NCBI GenBank assembly: GCA_963668645.2
Contig: CAXXWC010000019.1
Span: forward strand, 384,001-448,000
DNA: 64,000 nt
Direction of reading: 5' to 3'
From: Desulfobacterales bacterium
GTDB lineage: Bacteria > Desulfobacterota > Desulfobacteria > Desulfobacterales > UBA2174
This document shows positions 18,981 to 28,591 of the stretch, in pieces (positions within the stretch are counted from its first letter, which is position 1; each line of letters begins with the position of its first letter). The position numbers and the translations under genes are program-made. The notes below the pieces were generated by a model. That model was not told the DNA's origin and searched no databases. It was given only the letters and a program-made list of their open reading frames with translations.

Positions 18981-19421
18981 ATGCCAAACGACAATTCACG
19001 CCGCTGGGCCGGGATCTTCTTCTTTGCCAGCGCAATGATCTTCGGGCTTTTCATGTACCAGGTCGCCCGCAACGATCCTGCGGTCCAGGCCGCCCCGGCG
19101 GACCGGACCGAAACCGTTGCCGCCGCCCCCAAAGAGACGCTGACCGCCCACCCCCCCGGAGAAAAAATCTCCATGCAGGTCGATCAGGCGGTGATCATCG
19201 GCCGCTCCAAAATCGTCTACCGGGGGTTGAGCCAGGGCCGGGTGCACTTCGACCATTACCTGCTGGACGACAACCCCCATTACGCCTTTGCCTACGCAGT
19301 ACCTGAGGATAAAGCCCGAAACGGGTTCAAGATCGGCACGCACGCCCTGAAAGTCACCTATGCCGGTGGCAAATGGGTCCATTTCAAGCGCCTGGCAAAG
19401 CTGCCGGACACCAAAGGCTGA
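18981..19421 (+). CDS. Hypothetical protein with N-terminal membrane anchor
   Basis: Hydrophobic N-terminus, Ala/Pro linker and beta-rich C-terminus; flanked by a promoter and a terminator. Confidence 0.75.
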   Translation: MPNDNSRRWAGIFFFASAMIFGLFMYQVARNDPAVQAAPADRTETVAAAPKETLTAHPPGEKISMQVDQAVIIGRSKIVYRGLSQGRVHFDHYLLDDNPHYAFAYAVPEDKARNGFKIGTHALKVTYAGGKWVHFKRLAKLPDTKG

Positions 19422-19455
19422 ATGGCCCCGAACGTCGTTTCGCTTTCCAGACTGT

Positions 19456-19494
19456 AAAGATCGCTGCAGCCGGGACTCGGCCGCAGCGATCTTT
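19456..19494. terminator. Bidirectional terminator hairpin
   Basis: AAAGATCGCTGC...GCAGCGATCTTT between convergent genes. Confidence 0.7.
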
Positions 19495-19495
19495 C

Positions 19496-19786
19496 TTACC
19501 GGCTCGGCGGCATCCGGTTTCCCAGCACGAGCCGTTTCAGTCCTCGGCAGATCCAGCCCGCCGGCACTGCGCTGGCAGCCCACCCGATGGCGCAAAGCAT
19601 AACATAAAGCATCCCCCGCACCAGCGCGGTCATGTCCGGCCGGAATATTTGCGGCGCCAGCCAGAGGGCCGCCCCGACGCCGATGAGCAGGCGCCAGAAG
19701 TCGGGTGAAAAAATCAGGTAAAAGAAATAATAACCGACCGTATGCCGGGCGCCCGGCCGACCGCCGTGGTGGTGGCTATCGTTCAT
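19496..19786 (-). CDS. Small hypothetical membrane protein
   Basis: Hydrophobic segments; start overlaps the stop of the upstream flavin reductase gene. Confidence 0.6.
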   Translation of the reverse strand: MNDSHHHGGRPGARHTVGYYFFYLIFSPDFWRLLIGVGAALWLAPQIFRPDMTALVRGMLYVMLCAIGWAASAVPAGWICRGLKRLVLGNRMPPSR

Positions 19787-20270
19787 AGCCATCCAGAATT
19801 TCGCCAAAATAGAGGGTGTGGTAGTCCTTCTGGGGATAGAGATCGGCCAGTTCGTTGGCCGCTAGGGCCGGATCCATGGGCACCTTGTGGATGATACGGC
19901 AGACGAAATGGATCCCGGCCGTGTCGATGACCGGCGAGACGGTCTTGCCCGTCTCGACTGTCTTCAGATCGCAGGCCGCCAGCTTGTCCCCGTCGCGTCC
20001 CGAATGGCTGCCGCAGTAAGCCAGGGCCCTTTGCATCGCGGGGTCCGGCACCGAGACAGTGAAATCGGCCGCCTGCTCCATGATCCCGTAGGTGTGGCGC
20101 GAATCGCGCACCGCCACCATCAGAACCGGCCGTTTCCAGCAAAAACCGAAAGTCGCCCAGCCGATGGTCATGGTATTGATGGCCTCACCGGCCCGCACGG
20201 TGAGAAAGGCCCCCTTCTTTAGCTGGGGCATAGCGCGCTGCGCCAGGGCCATGGTATCGGTTTCGTTCAT
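19776..20270 (-). CDS. Flavin reductase family (flavoredoxin-like) protein
   Basis: NTMTIGW, VRDSRHT, FTVSVP, CGSHSGRDGDK, YHTLYFGEI; ggagg RBS. Confidence 0.9.
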   Translation of the reverse strand: MNETDTMALAQRAMPQLKKGAFLTVRAGEAINTMTIGWATFGFCWKRPVLMVAVRDSRHTYGIMEQAADFTVSVPDPAMQRALAYCGSHSGRDGDKLAACDLKTVETGKTVSPVIDTAGIHFVCRIIHKVPMDPALAANELADLYPQKDYHTLYFGEILDGYER

Positions 20271-20438
20271 TGGAAAAGATCCTCCGTATTTGGGGGTGTG
20301 GTGGTGGATGCAACTCGCATCGATGTCCGTTTTAGCGATCTGCCGCCGCATGGTCAAGACGGCAGTCGGCATCGGCCGATACCCTTCGTCGGCAGCCGGG
20401 AATCTCCAGGATCAAATCCCTGCCCCGCGATAGCCACG

Positions 20439-20461
20439 AAAAAAACCGCCGCAGCCGGCGG
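20439..20461 (-). terminator. Intrinsic terminator after the Lon-like gene
   Basis: ccgccg-gctg-cggcgg followed by T7 on minus. Confidence 0.75.
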
Positions 20462-20467
20462 CAGCGC

Positions 20468-22861
20468 TCAACCGTCACCCTGGGAAGGTTTTTGGCTGTC
20501 GCTGCGACCGGCCACCGCCGCCAAGTTCTGCACCACCCGGTGGTAGATAGTGCCGGGCGGGTACGCCCCCTGCCCGTCGGCCTTTCCGGCCGGCATCCCG
20601 GTAAGAATCTCGATCCCCGCTTCCACCGTTTCCACCGCCCAGATATGAAAGCGCTTTTCGGCCACCGCCGCCATCACATCATCGTTGAGCATCAGGTTGG
20701 GTTGATTGGCCCGGGGGATGATCACCCCCTGGCTGCCGCTCAAGCCCCTGGAACGGCAAACCTCGAAATAGCCTTCGATCTTTTCATTGACCCCGCCGAT
20801 GGCCTGGATCTGGCCTTTCTGGTTGACGGACCCGGTGGCCGCGATCCCCTGGCGGATCGGCACCTCGGCCAGGCTGGAGAGCACGGCGTAAAGTTCTGTG
20901 GAAGAGGCGCTGTCCCCGTCGACCCCGGCGTAGCTCTGCTCGAAGGTGATACTGATGGACAGGTTCAGCGGGCGCCGGCGGGCAAAGGTCCGCCCGAGCC
21001 AGCCGGCGATGATCAGCACCCCCTTGTCGTGGCTGCTGCCCGAGAGGTTGGCCTCGCGTTCCACATTGAGCACCCCGGCCTTGCCGGCATAGACTTCGGC
21101 GGTGATCCGGGTCGGCCGGCCGAAGGAAAGTTCGCCGAGCTGGTAGACCGCCAGGGCGTTGACCTGCCCCACCACCTCACCTTGCACGTCGATGAGGATG
21201 GTCCCGTCCAGGTATGCTTCGTGGATCTTCTCCTCGCTCAGGTTGTGGCGAAAGCGCTGCTTGGCGATGGACTTGCGCACATGGACCGCATCCACGGTCC
21301 TGGCCCGGTCCTGGCGGGCCCAGTAGTCGGCCTCCTTGAGCAGCCCCACGATGGGACCGAAGCGCAGCGAGAGTTTGCGCTGGTCTGCGGTGAGTACCTG
21401 CCCGTATTCGACCACCGCGGCCACGGCGGCGGCGGTAAATGGCTGCAGATCGGACTCCCGGCAGACCCGGGCCACGAAGCGGGCGTACTGGCGCACGCGG
21501 GCGGCGCTACGGGCTACCTCGTAATCGAAATCGGCCCTTACCCGGAACAGCTTGTTGAATTTGGCATCGTAATTTTGCAGCAGGGTAAACGGCTCCCAGC
21601 CCCCCAGGAGGATCACCTTGACATCCAGCTCGATGGGGCCCGGCCTCAGGGCCGAGGGGCCGCCGCCTGCCGCCGCCACATCCTCGATGGCCAAGGTGCG
21701 GTTGGCCAGGGCCCGCTTGAGGGCCTCCCAGACCAGGTCCACCGTCAGCACCGATTCCACCTCGAGAATCAGATACCCGCCGTTGGCCTGAACCAGGGCT
21801 CCGGCCTGGACCAGGGTGTGATCGGTGGAGACCGTCCCTTCGGCCGTGCGCCGCTCGATGCGCCCGAAGATGTTGGCATAGGTGGGATTCGGCTCGAAAA
21901 TCACCGGTGCGCCTTCGCTGCCGCGCCGGTCGGCCAGCACGTTGACCCGGTAGCGCCGCAGGAAATCTTCGTCTTCGATCTGCGCGTCCGGGGCCTCCTC
22001 GGAGCCGAGTTCCTCTAAAAAACCCTCCAGGTGCCGGCCGATATCGGCGGCCGCAGCATCCAAAAAGTCGCCCACCGCGCCGTTCTTGGCGTAGGCCTCG
22101 CGCAGTGGGGCCAGGGACTCGCTCACCAGTCGTTCCACCGTGCTGCGGCGCATCCGCTCCAGGTCCCCGGCCATTTCAGCACCGGCCTGGCTGGCGCCGC
22201 GGTCCGCCTGGGCGATGGCCTTGCGGATCTTTTGCAGGCTGTTCTGGATGCGATCCTTTTCCGCCTTGGGCAGGGCCTGGAAATGCTGCCGGTCGATGGG
22301 CTGGCCATCCACCAGCACGATGGGGATCAAGCCCTCGGAGGTCCGGTTGACGCCCAGCCCGAGTCCGGCGGCCTTGGCTTCGATGGCCTCCATGAGCCGT
22401 TCGGCTTTTTGCTGGAACTCCTTTTCGATGGCGGCCCGGCGCTGCTGGTAGCCCTTACCCGCCAGGGCCCGCGGCAGACGCTGGCGCAGGTCGTTGATGA
22501 AGCACTCCATGGCCTCGGCCAGGGCCGTGCCGCCGCCGGCCTCCAGGCGAAGCACCCGGGGGCGATACGGATCGGCGAAGTTGTGCACCAGGCACCAGTC
22601 GTCCGCCGCCGGCCGGCGGCCGGCATGTTGCGTCACCAATTCGCGCACGATGGTCGTCTTGCCGGTGCCTTCCAGGCCGGTGACGAAAATATGATACCCC
22701 GGGCCGGCCACGTTCAGCCCGAAGGCGATGGCTTCCACGGCCCGCTGCTGGCCGATAACCGCGCTAAGGGGGGAGATGTCCTCGGTGGTGGCGAATTTGA
22801 ACCCCTTGGGATCGCAGGTCCGGCGCAGTTGTTCGGGTCTCAGGGAACCAACGGGTTTCAT
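20468..22861 (-). CDS. Lon protease family protein (LonB/LonC-type AAA + S16 protease)
   Basis: GLEGTGKT, ANGGYL, VGQVNAL, FEQSYAGVDGDSASS (catalytic Ser), IGGVNEKIEG (catalytic Lys). Confidence 0.92.
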   Translation of the reverse strand: MKPVGSLRPEQLRRTCDPKGFKFATTEDISPLSAVIGQQRAVEAIAFGLNVAGPGYHIFVTGLEGTGKTTIVRELVTQHAGRRPAADDWCLVHNFADPYRPRVLRLEAGGGTALAEAMECFINDLRQRLPRALAGKGYQQRRAAIEKEFQQKAERLMEAIEAKAAGLGLGVNRTSEGLIPIVLVDGQPIDRQHFQALPKAEKDRIQNSLQKIRKAIAQADRGASQAGAEMAGDLERMRRSTVERLVSESLAPLREAYAKNGAVGDFLDAAAADIGRHLEGFLEELGSEEAPDAQIEDEDFLRRYRVNVLADRRGSEGAPVIFEPNPTYANIFGRIERRTAEGTVSTDHTLVQAGALVQANGGYLILEVESVLTVDLVWEALKRALANRTLAIEDVAAAGGGPSALRPGPIELDVKVILLGGWEPFTLLQNYDAKFNKLFRVRADFDYEVARSAARVRQYARFVARVCRESDLQPFTAAAVAAVVEYGQVLTADQRKLSLRFGPIVGLLKEADYWARQDRARTVDAVHVRKSIAKQRFRHNLSEEKIHEAYLDGTILIDVQGEVVGQVNALAVYQLGELSFGRPTRITAEVYAGKAGVLNVEREANLSGSSHDKGVLIIAGWLGRTFARRRPLNLSISITFEQSYAGVDGDSASSTELYAVLSSLAEVPIRQGIAATGSVNQKGQIQAIGGVNEKIEGYFEVCRSRGLSGSQGVIIPRANQPNLMLNDDVMAAVAEKRFHIWAVETVEAGIEILTGMPAGKADGQGAYPPGTIYHRVVQNLAAVAGRSDSQKPSQGDG

Positions 22862-22968
22862 GGCGATCTCCTCCTGCCGGCTGCGGCCGGCGTCCGGCTG
22901 CGCCGCCTGCAACGGACAAGCGTTCGGGGTACGGGGTCGTCCGGGCCAGCCAAACCGGTGGCCGGGCT

Positions 22969-23313
22969 TCAGGCCGGAGGTTCAGCTGGAGGTTCAGGCG
23001 CCTGGGTTTCGGCCGCGACCCAGTCGAGAAACGGCTGGTGCCCCCCGGTGACCGGCATGCTGACGATACACGGCACCGCGTAGCTGTGCTGCTGGCGTAC
23101 CGCCTCGATGAGCTCGGGAAGCCGGCTGCCGGTGGTTTTGACGATCACCGCCACCTCCCGGTCGTCCTGCAACCGGCCCTCCCACATATAAAAAGAATTC
23201 ATGTTCTCGAAGATGTTGGCGCAGGCCGCCAGGCGCGCTTCGACCAGGCCGCGGGCCACGCGGCGCGCTTCATCCAGATCACCAAAGGTCATGTAGACGA
23301 GTTGGACGTTCAT
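22969..23313 (-). CDS. cutA: Divalent-cation tolerance protein CutA
   Basis: LVEARLAACAN, SFYMWEG, KT, HSYAVPCI. Confidence 0.93.
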   Translation of the reverse strand: MNVQLVYMTFGDLDEARRVARGLVEARLAACANIFENMNSFYMWEGRLQDDREVAVIVKTTGSRLPELIEAVRQQHSYAVPCIVSMPVTGGHQPFLDWVAAETQAPEPPAEPPA

Positions 23314-23602
23314 GGCAATCCCTCCCCTGTTCGGTTTCCAGGCCCCTTTGGGATCGCTTCTAACAGCTCGGCGGCGCCCTGTCCACATGGCAGAACCATG
23401 ATCGGCAGATCCCGGTGGTCCCGAGATCTGCCGATTTCACCTGGAAAACAGGGACGCAAGCGTTGGACTTTGAATTCGGCAGGATGAAGGAATCTGAATC
23501 ACCTGACCAATACGGCAGAACAATCCTGGCGCATCTTCCCGGCGGATAGGGCCTGCTGCCCGGGCAAATTGCGAATGCCGCCACCGGTTTTGATGGCCCT
23601 CT

Positions 23603-26600
23603 TTACGATTTTTCCGTTTTCGCCGGGCACGCATCGACGTAACGGCGCAGCCGGCTTTCAAGGTCCCCTTCCCAGTCCCCGCGGTAAACGATGCGCGTGG
23701 CGATCTCGCAGGCCAGGATGGCGGCCCGGATCTTGGGCGGCATGCCCTGGATACGCACCCGCAATTGCGGGCAACGGCCGACGAGCGCCGGCAGGTGGCT
23801 GAGGATCACCCGTGAGAAGCCGGGTTCGGCGGCCAATTCGGGCCTGGCCTGGAAGAATTCGAACAACCGCGCATACCAGGCGTTGATTTCCTGGCTGATG
23901 GCAACGCTGATTTCCGTATAGCGCTGCTTTCCGGCGGCCTGACGGTGGCGTTCGAAAATCAAGCGGGCCTCATCGCTGGCACGGCGCTGCAAGATGTCGA
24001 TGACATCGGCCACATAGGCTTCCTTGTGGGCGATGAACTCGTCTTGGCGCATCAGCAGGTTGGCGATGATTTCGTAGGACGAGCAGATCACGCCGCACTT
24101 GTTGGCCGTGGCATCCCGCAGCAGGATGACCCCGCGATCCTCAATTTCCCGGCGCGCTTCAGGCGAAATGAAGGAGTTGGCCCCCTCCACAATGGCCCGG
24201 GCGCCGGGGCGGCCCTCGGCATCGAAAAAGCGCGTCCAGTTGGTGGCGTCGATCGTCTCCGGGCGCCCGCCGCAGGGCAGGAAGAGATCCGCGTCCACCT
24301 CGAAGGTCAACCGGTTCAACTCACGGTGGAATTCGTCGGCGGTGATCCAGCAGTCGACGGTCCCCTGCTCGGTGCGCATTACCTTGCGGTAAAGCTGGCG
24401 CATGGCTTCGCGCCGCTGCTGGCTGCGATAAACGATGGTGCCGCCCGGATGCAGCCGCCGGGGATCGAAATGATCCAGATCGGCCCGCAGGGCGATCCTT
24501 TCCAACTCCTGGTGGTCGGCCCCCTGGGGGTCGAAAAGGCCGCCGCTGCCGTCCACCAGGGCCACCAGCCGGAACTGGGGGCAGTGTTCCAGCATGAGGC
24601 GTATCGAGTTGCCGGCCACGTCGCCGAAAGGACCGCCGGTCATGCGGACCTTGAACGCGTCGCGGCGCATGTCGATGCCCAACTGGGCCAGGGTGATTTC
24701 AGCGGCCTGGATCACGCCCCGGCTGGTAACCCCGTAGGCCTTGTGATTGATGCCGACGCGTTTGCTCGACATGATGCCGATCCCGAGCACGTAGCCGCGT
24801 TTGTCCGCAGTGCGGGCGATGGTCTCGATCATCGTGTCGTGCATGTTTTCGTCCGGCCCCAGCTCGATCGGCTCTTGCTGGCGATAGTAGTCGACCACCG
24901 CCGGGTGGCGCGCCACTCCGGCCTCGGTCACGAAGATATCCAGAAAAGCGTTGATAAAGGCAAATTGGAGCTTGTAGAGCCGGTGGGCGACCGCCTCGGA
25001 TCCGGCCAGATCACGCACATCGCAGATGGCGGTCATCTTGCTGCCGCCTTCGTAGATATCTTTGTTTTTCAGGTGCTGGGTGTGGGCCAGGACAAAGACT
25101 TCGCGAAACAGGGTATTGCGGCAGCTCAGGTACTCGTCCGGCGTGCGGCAGATCAGGGTGCGCCAGCCGCCCCGGGCGATATCCGAAAAGCCGATATGGT
25201 AACCGACGCCGTAGCGGCCGAAGAAAAAGGTGATGCGAAAAGGCGTGGCCTCGGGCAGATCATCCCTCAGGTCCGGCCCCAGTGTCTGGAGGTAGGCCGG
25301 GTCGAAACGAAAGGCCAGGGCCCGTTTTTCAGCGACGAAAAAGTTGGTCTTGAGGCAATGGCGCACCATGGCCAGGGCCGTCTGGAAGACGACGCGCCGG
25401 ATCTCGTCCAGATAGCGCTGGCCGGTATTGAAGTTCTCGACCGCGGCCGCAGCCCGTTCCAAGTCCTTTTCATACGAGGGCGTGTCGGCTGCCAGGAGCG
25501 GATCGAAACGGGACCGGAACAGGGCGATGATCATCAAGAGCATCTCGGGATGTGCTTCGAAGGCGTATTTGACCGTGTCCAGGTCGAAACGGTCCGGCTG
25601 GCTGTGGCTCAGGTTGGTATGGCAAAAAGAGATGATCGCTTCGGCCAGCGAGGCGTCTTCACCGGTCATCAGGCCCGTGGTCAGGAAACGCCGGTAGGCG
25701 AAACTGTCAATTGCCAGAATCTGGGTATTGTAAAGCTCCGCGCGCAGCCGGTCATAGACCGGCGCCGGGTTCTCTCCCAGGCTGACGTCCTGGGGACGGA
25801 TGTAGAAAGTGCCAATGAAATGAGGTCCTTGTTCCAGATTCAGGATCTGGCTGTAGGCGCGGCGCACCCCGATCGCCAGGCGGTGGAAAACCTCCATCAA
25901 CTGGAGCAGAAAATGGCGCCGGGGCGGCTGGGCCAGGCCGAAGACGACCCGCGTCTCGCCATGGACCGTGGACTGGACCTCGAAAAAAAAACCGCCGTCG
26001 AGGTGGGTCCGGCGATAGACCCACAGCATACGGGCGATGCGGTCGCTGGGCGAGATGCGCACGGTGGATGAATGTCGCTGCCACAATTCGGCCAGCGAAC
26101 CCGGCAGGGCATCGGGAGGGTAGTCCGGGTAGTCGCGGGCCACGGCCTTTCGGCATGCTTCGAGGATGCTGGCGGGCAAAGGCGGGGCCGAGCTATCCAC
26201 CGCGTCCGCCGCACCGGTCCGGGATTCGAAATCGAAGCGCAGCACTTCCAGCGGAATGGCCGTTGCGGGCAGGGGCGCATTGGAATGGATGATCTCGCTG
26301 TAGGCGATTTCCCGCTGGGAAAAGGCCTCCAGGGTTTCGTACAGGGACCCGGCCCGGTCGCAGCGGGCCAAGATCAGCTTGTCGGCCTGGTCGGCAAGCA
26401 CCAGGGCATTGTGGTCCTTGACGGTGTTCAGGTGGAGCGCCAACTTGACCAGGGCCTCGGTTTCATTGCCCATGGTGATGAAAAAATACGGCGGCATGTG
26501 CCGGGAAAGCCAGTCCAGGTTGGCGGCAACATCGCCCAGCCTGGATTTGAGCTGTTCTTCAAGACTGCGGAAAGCGGATGCTTTGTGGCCGCCGTCAAGC

Positions 26601-26641
26601 AGGGCGTCGGCCGGAATGAAATCGCAAATCGGGTTCAACAT
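23603..26641 (-). CDS. Large NAD-dependent glutamate dehydrogenase (~1000-aa class)
   Basis: IARGGWR, KNKDIYEGGSK, LGPDENM, INHKAYGVTS, GGPFGDVAGN, VEGANSF, ANKCGVICSSYE. Confidence 0.9.
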   Translation of the reverse strand: MLNPICDFIPADALLDGGHKASAFRSLEEQLKSRLGDVAANLDWLSRHMPPYFFITMGNETEALVKLALHLNTVKDHNALVLADQADKLILARCDRAGSLYETLEAFSQREIAYSEIIHSNAPLPATAIPLEVLRFDFESRTGAADAVDSSAPPLPASILEACRKAVARDYPDYPPDALPGSLAELWQRHSSTVRISPSDRIARMLWVYRRTHLDGGFFFEVQSTVHGETRVVFGLAQPPRRHFLLQLMEVFHRLAIGVRRAYSQILNLEQGPHFIGTFYIRPQDVSLGENPAPVYDRLRAELYNTQILAIDSFAYRRFLTTGLMTGEDASLAEAIISFCHTNLSHSQPDRFDLDTVKYAFEAHPEMLLMIIALFRSRFDPLLAADTPSYEKDLERAAAAVENFNTGQRYLDEIRRVVFQTALAMVRHCLKTNFFVAEKRALAFRFDPAYLQTLGPDLRDDLPEATPFRITFFFGRYGVGYHIGFSDIARGGWRTLICRTPDEYLSCRNTLFREVFVLAHTQHLKNKDIYEGGSKMTAICDVRDLAGSEAVAHRLYKLQFAFINAFLDIFVTEAGVARHPAVVDYYRQQEPIELGPDENMHDTMIETIARTADKRGYVLGIGIMSSKRVGINHKAYGVTSRGVIQAAEITLAQLGIDMRRDAFKVRMTGGPFGDVAGNSIRLMLEHCPQFRLVALVDGSGGLFDPQGADHQELERIALRADLDHFDPRRLHPGGTIVYRSQQRREAMRQLYRKVMRTEQGTVDCWITADEFHRELNRLTFEVDADLFLPCGGRPETIDATNWTRFFDAEGRPGARAIVEGANSFISPEARREIEDRGVILLRDATANKCGVICSSYEIIANLLMRQDEFIAHKEAYVADVIDILQRRASDEARLIFERHRQAAGKQRYTEISVAISQEINAWYARLFEFFQARPELAAEPGFSRVILSHLPALVGRCPQLRVRIQGMPPKIRAAILACEIATRIVYRGDWEGDLESRLRRYVDACPAKTEKS

Positions 26642-26653
26642 GCAATGCCTCCT

Positions 26654-26962
26654 TCAGGCGAACTCTTCACAGTGCCAGACACCGCCCAGGGGCTTGCTGA
26701 ATGCGCACCGGTGGTAATTTTCGCAGGTCTTGCACAAACCGAGCACCGGCGACGGGTCACAGTCGGCGCAGTCAGGCTCCCATTGCGGCCGCATCGGCGG
26801 CGGTTGGGCGCTGGGACTTTCGGGCAGGAAAAACTCTTCGCAGTAAAAAACCGGTGAAACCGGCCCGCAATGCAGGCCGCAGGATGGACCGTCGAGACAA
26901 GTGGAACAGAGGGTGCCGCAGGGCTGCGAAACCGGCGCCTGCTTTTGGGAAAATGCTTTCAT
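26654..26962 (-). CDS. Small Cys-rich protein with two LCxTC-x5-C...CEEF repeats
   Basis: 102 aa; aggag RBS; LCSTCLDGPSC...VFYCEEF and LCKTCENYHRC...VWHCEEF; stop lies 12 nt before the gdh start. Confidence 0.8.
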   Translation of the reverse strand: MKAFSQKQAPVSQPCGTLCSTCLDGPSCGLHCGPVSPVFYCEEFFLPESPSAQPPPMRPQWEPDCADCDPSPVLGLCKTCENYHRCAFSKPLGGVWHCEEFA

Positions 26963-27066
26963 CGAATTCTCCTGGTACGGAATCGGGTTGACCCGCCTTA
27001 TGGTCGCTGGAAAAAGTGCGGGTTGCCGGCCGGTTCGCCACCGGCCGATCTTTGCATCGATGCCAT

Positions 27067-27082
27067 AGCAGCCTGCATGCCA
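27067..27082 (-). promoter_or_regulatory. Sigma54 promoter for the Cys-rich protein/gdh operon
   Basis: TGGCATGCAGGCTGCT (GG-N10-GC). Confidence 0.65.
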
Positions 27083-27159
27083 GGAGCCTAAAATTCGATT
27101 TGTCATTAAATTACGGAATGATAAAAACAGGGCAAGGGAATCCGAATCACCCGCAAAGT

Positions 27160-27192
27160 GGTTCAAATGGGACCACCGGTCAGAAAGTGACC
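27160..27192. promoter_or_regulatory. Tandem palindromic sites, putative enhancer (UAS) for the adjacent sigma54 activator
   Basis: GGTTCAAATGGGACC and GGTCAGAAAGTGACC (GGTY-N7-GACC), ~80-110 bp upstream of the -24 box. Confidence 0.55.
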
Positions 27193-27244
27193 GGATCAAA
27201 ACCTCCGGCCTGGTGCATGGGTCCGCCGGCGCCGGCGGGGGGGA

Positions 27245-28591
27245 TTAATCCGCTTCTTCGGCGGGAGAAATCTTCTTGAGCTTTTCGCGCAGGGTGCGGC
27301 GGGTAATGCCCAGGATTCGGGCGGCGGCACTCTTGTTTTGATCCACGCTGGCCAGAACCGCTGCGATGTATTCGGCCTCCATGGCTTCCAGGGGCCGATC
27401 CAGCCGCGGCGCAGCCGGCACGGTATAGCGCATCCATTCGGGCAGGTCCGGGGCTTCGAGGACGTCGGCACCGGACATGGCCATCATGCGCATGATCACG
27501 TTTTCCATCTCCCGCACGTTGCCTGGCCAGTGATAGGCGTTGAGGATGGCCAGCACCCGGTCCTCGATGCGGGGTATGGGGCGGCCGTATTCACGCGCAA
27601 ATTTGTCAAGAAAGTGACGGATCAGCAGCGGCAGATCGTCACCGCGTTCTCGCAGCGGCGGCACGCTGATACCGATCACGTTGAGCCGGTAATAGAGGTC
27701 TTCACGGAAGGCATTCTGGCGCACCAGTGCCCGCAGGTCCTTGTTGGTCGCGGCGATGATGCGCACATCGACCCGGGTCGGCCGATTGGCGCCCAGCATG
27801 GTGAATTCTTTTTCCTGGATCACCCGCAGCAATTTGACCTGCATCGCAGCAGTCGCCTCTCCGATCTCATCGAGAAGGATCGTGCCGCCGTCGGCCGTCT
27901 GGAAAAAACCGGCCCGGGTACAGCCGGCTCCGGTGAACGCCCCCTTGAGGTGGCCGAAAAGTTCGCTTTCCAGCAGGGTCTCGGGGATGGCGCCGCAGTT
28001 GACCGGGACAAACGGGGCACTGGCGCGTGCGCTTTGGTAATGGATGGCCCGGGCCACCAGTTCCTTGCCCGTTCCACTTTCCCCCTGGACCAGGACCGTG
28101 GCGTCGGTGGCGGCCGCACGGCCGATGGCACCGTAAAGGGCCGCCATGGCAGGACTGTCACCGATCAATCCGTATCGCGCATATGCCGAAGAAACGTCTG
28201 GCGGGGCCACCCGCAGCCGGCGCTTGGCCAGGGCCGCATCCACGGCCCCCTCCAGCTCGGCGGCGGTAAAGGGCTTGACAAGGTATTCTTCGGCCCCGTT
28301 TTTCACCGCCTGGACCACCTCGTCATAGCGCGGATAGCCGGTGATGACGACGACTTCGACACTCCGGTAATTGTCGCGCACATGCTTGAGCAGATCCAGC
28401 CCGCTGGCACCGGGCATCTTGATGTCGGTAATCACCAGGTCCACCGGCCGGCTGGCGAGGATCTCCAATGCGGCCTCGGCCGAGTCTGCCGTGCTGGTGC
28501 GCTGCCCCCGGGCCTCCAGGTTGCGCCGCAACACCTCGCGGGTGTCGCCGGCGTCGTCGACAATCAGAATATGTTCACCGGTACGGATCAT
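27245..28591 (-). CDS. Sigma54-dependent response regulator (REC-AAA-Fis HTH)
   Basis: LIVDD, TDIKMP, GESGTGKE, GAFTGA, LDEIGE, WPGNVRE, NKSAAARILGI. Confidence 0.95.
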   Translation of the reverse strand: MIRTGEHILIVDDAGDTREVLRRNLEARGQRTSTADSAEAALEILASRPVDLVITDIKMPGASGLDLLKHVRDNYRSVEVVVITGYPRYDEVVQAVKNGAEEYLVKPFTAAELEGAVDAALAKRRLRVAPPDVSSAYARYGLIGDSPAMAALYGAIGRAAATDATVLVQGESGTGKELVARAIHYQSARASAPFVPVNCGAIPETLLESELFGHLKGAFTGAGCTRAGFFQTADGGTILLDEIGEATAAMQVKLLRVIQEKEFTMLGANRPTRVDVRIIAATNKDLRALVRQNAFREDLYYRLNVIGISVPPLRERGDDLPLLIRHFLDKFAREYGRPIPRIEDRVLAILNAYHWPGNVREMENVIMRMMAMSGADVLEAPDLPEWMRYTVPAAPRLDRPLEAMEAEYIAAVLASVDQNKSAAARILGITRRTLREKLKKISPAEEAD

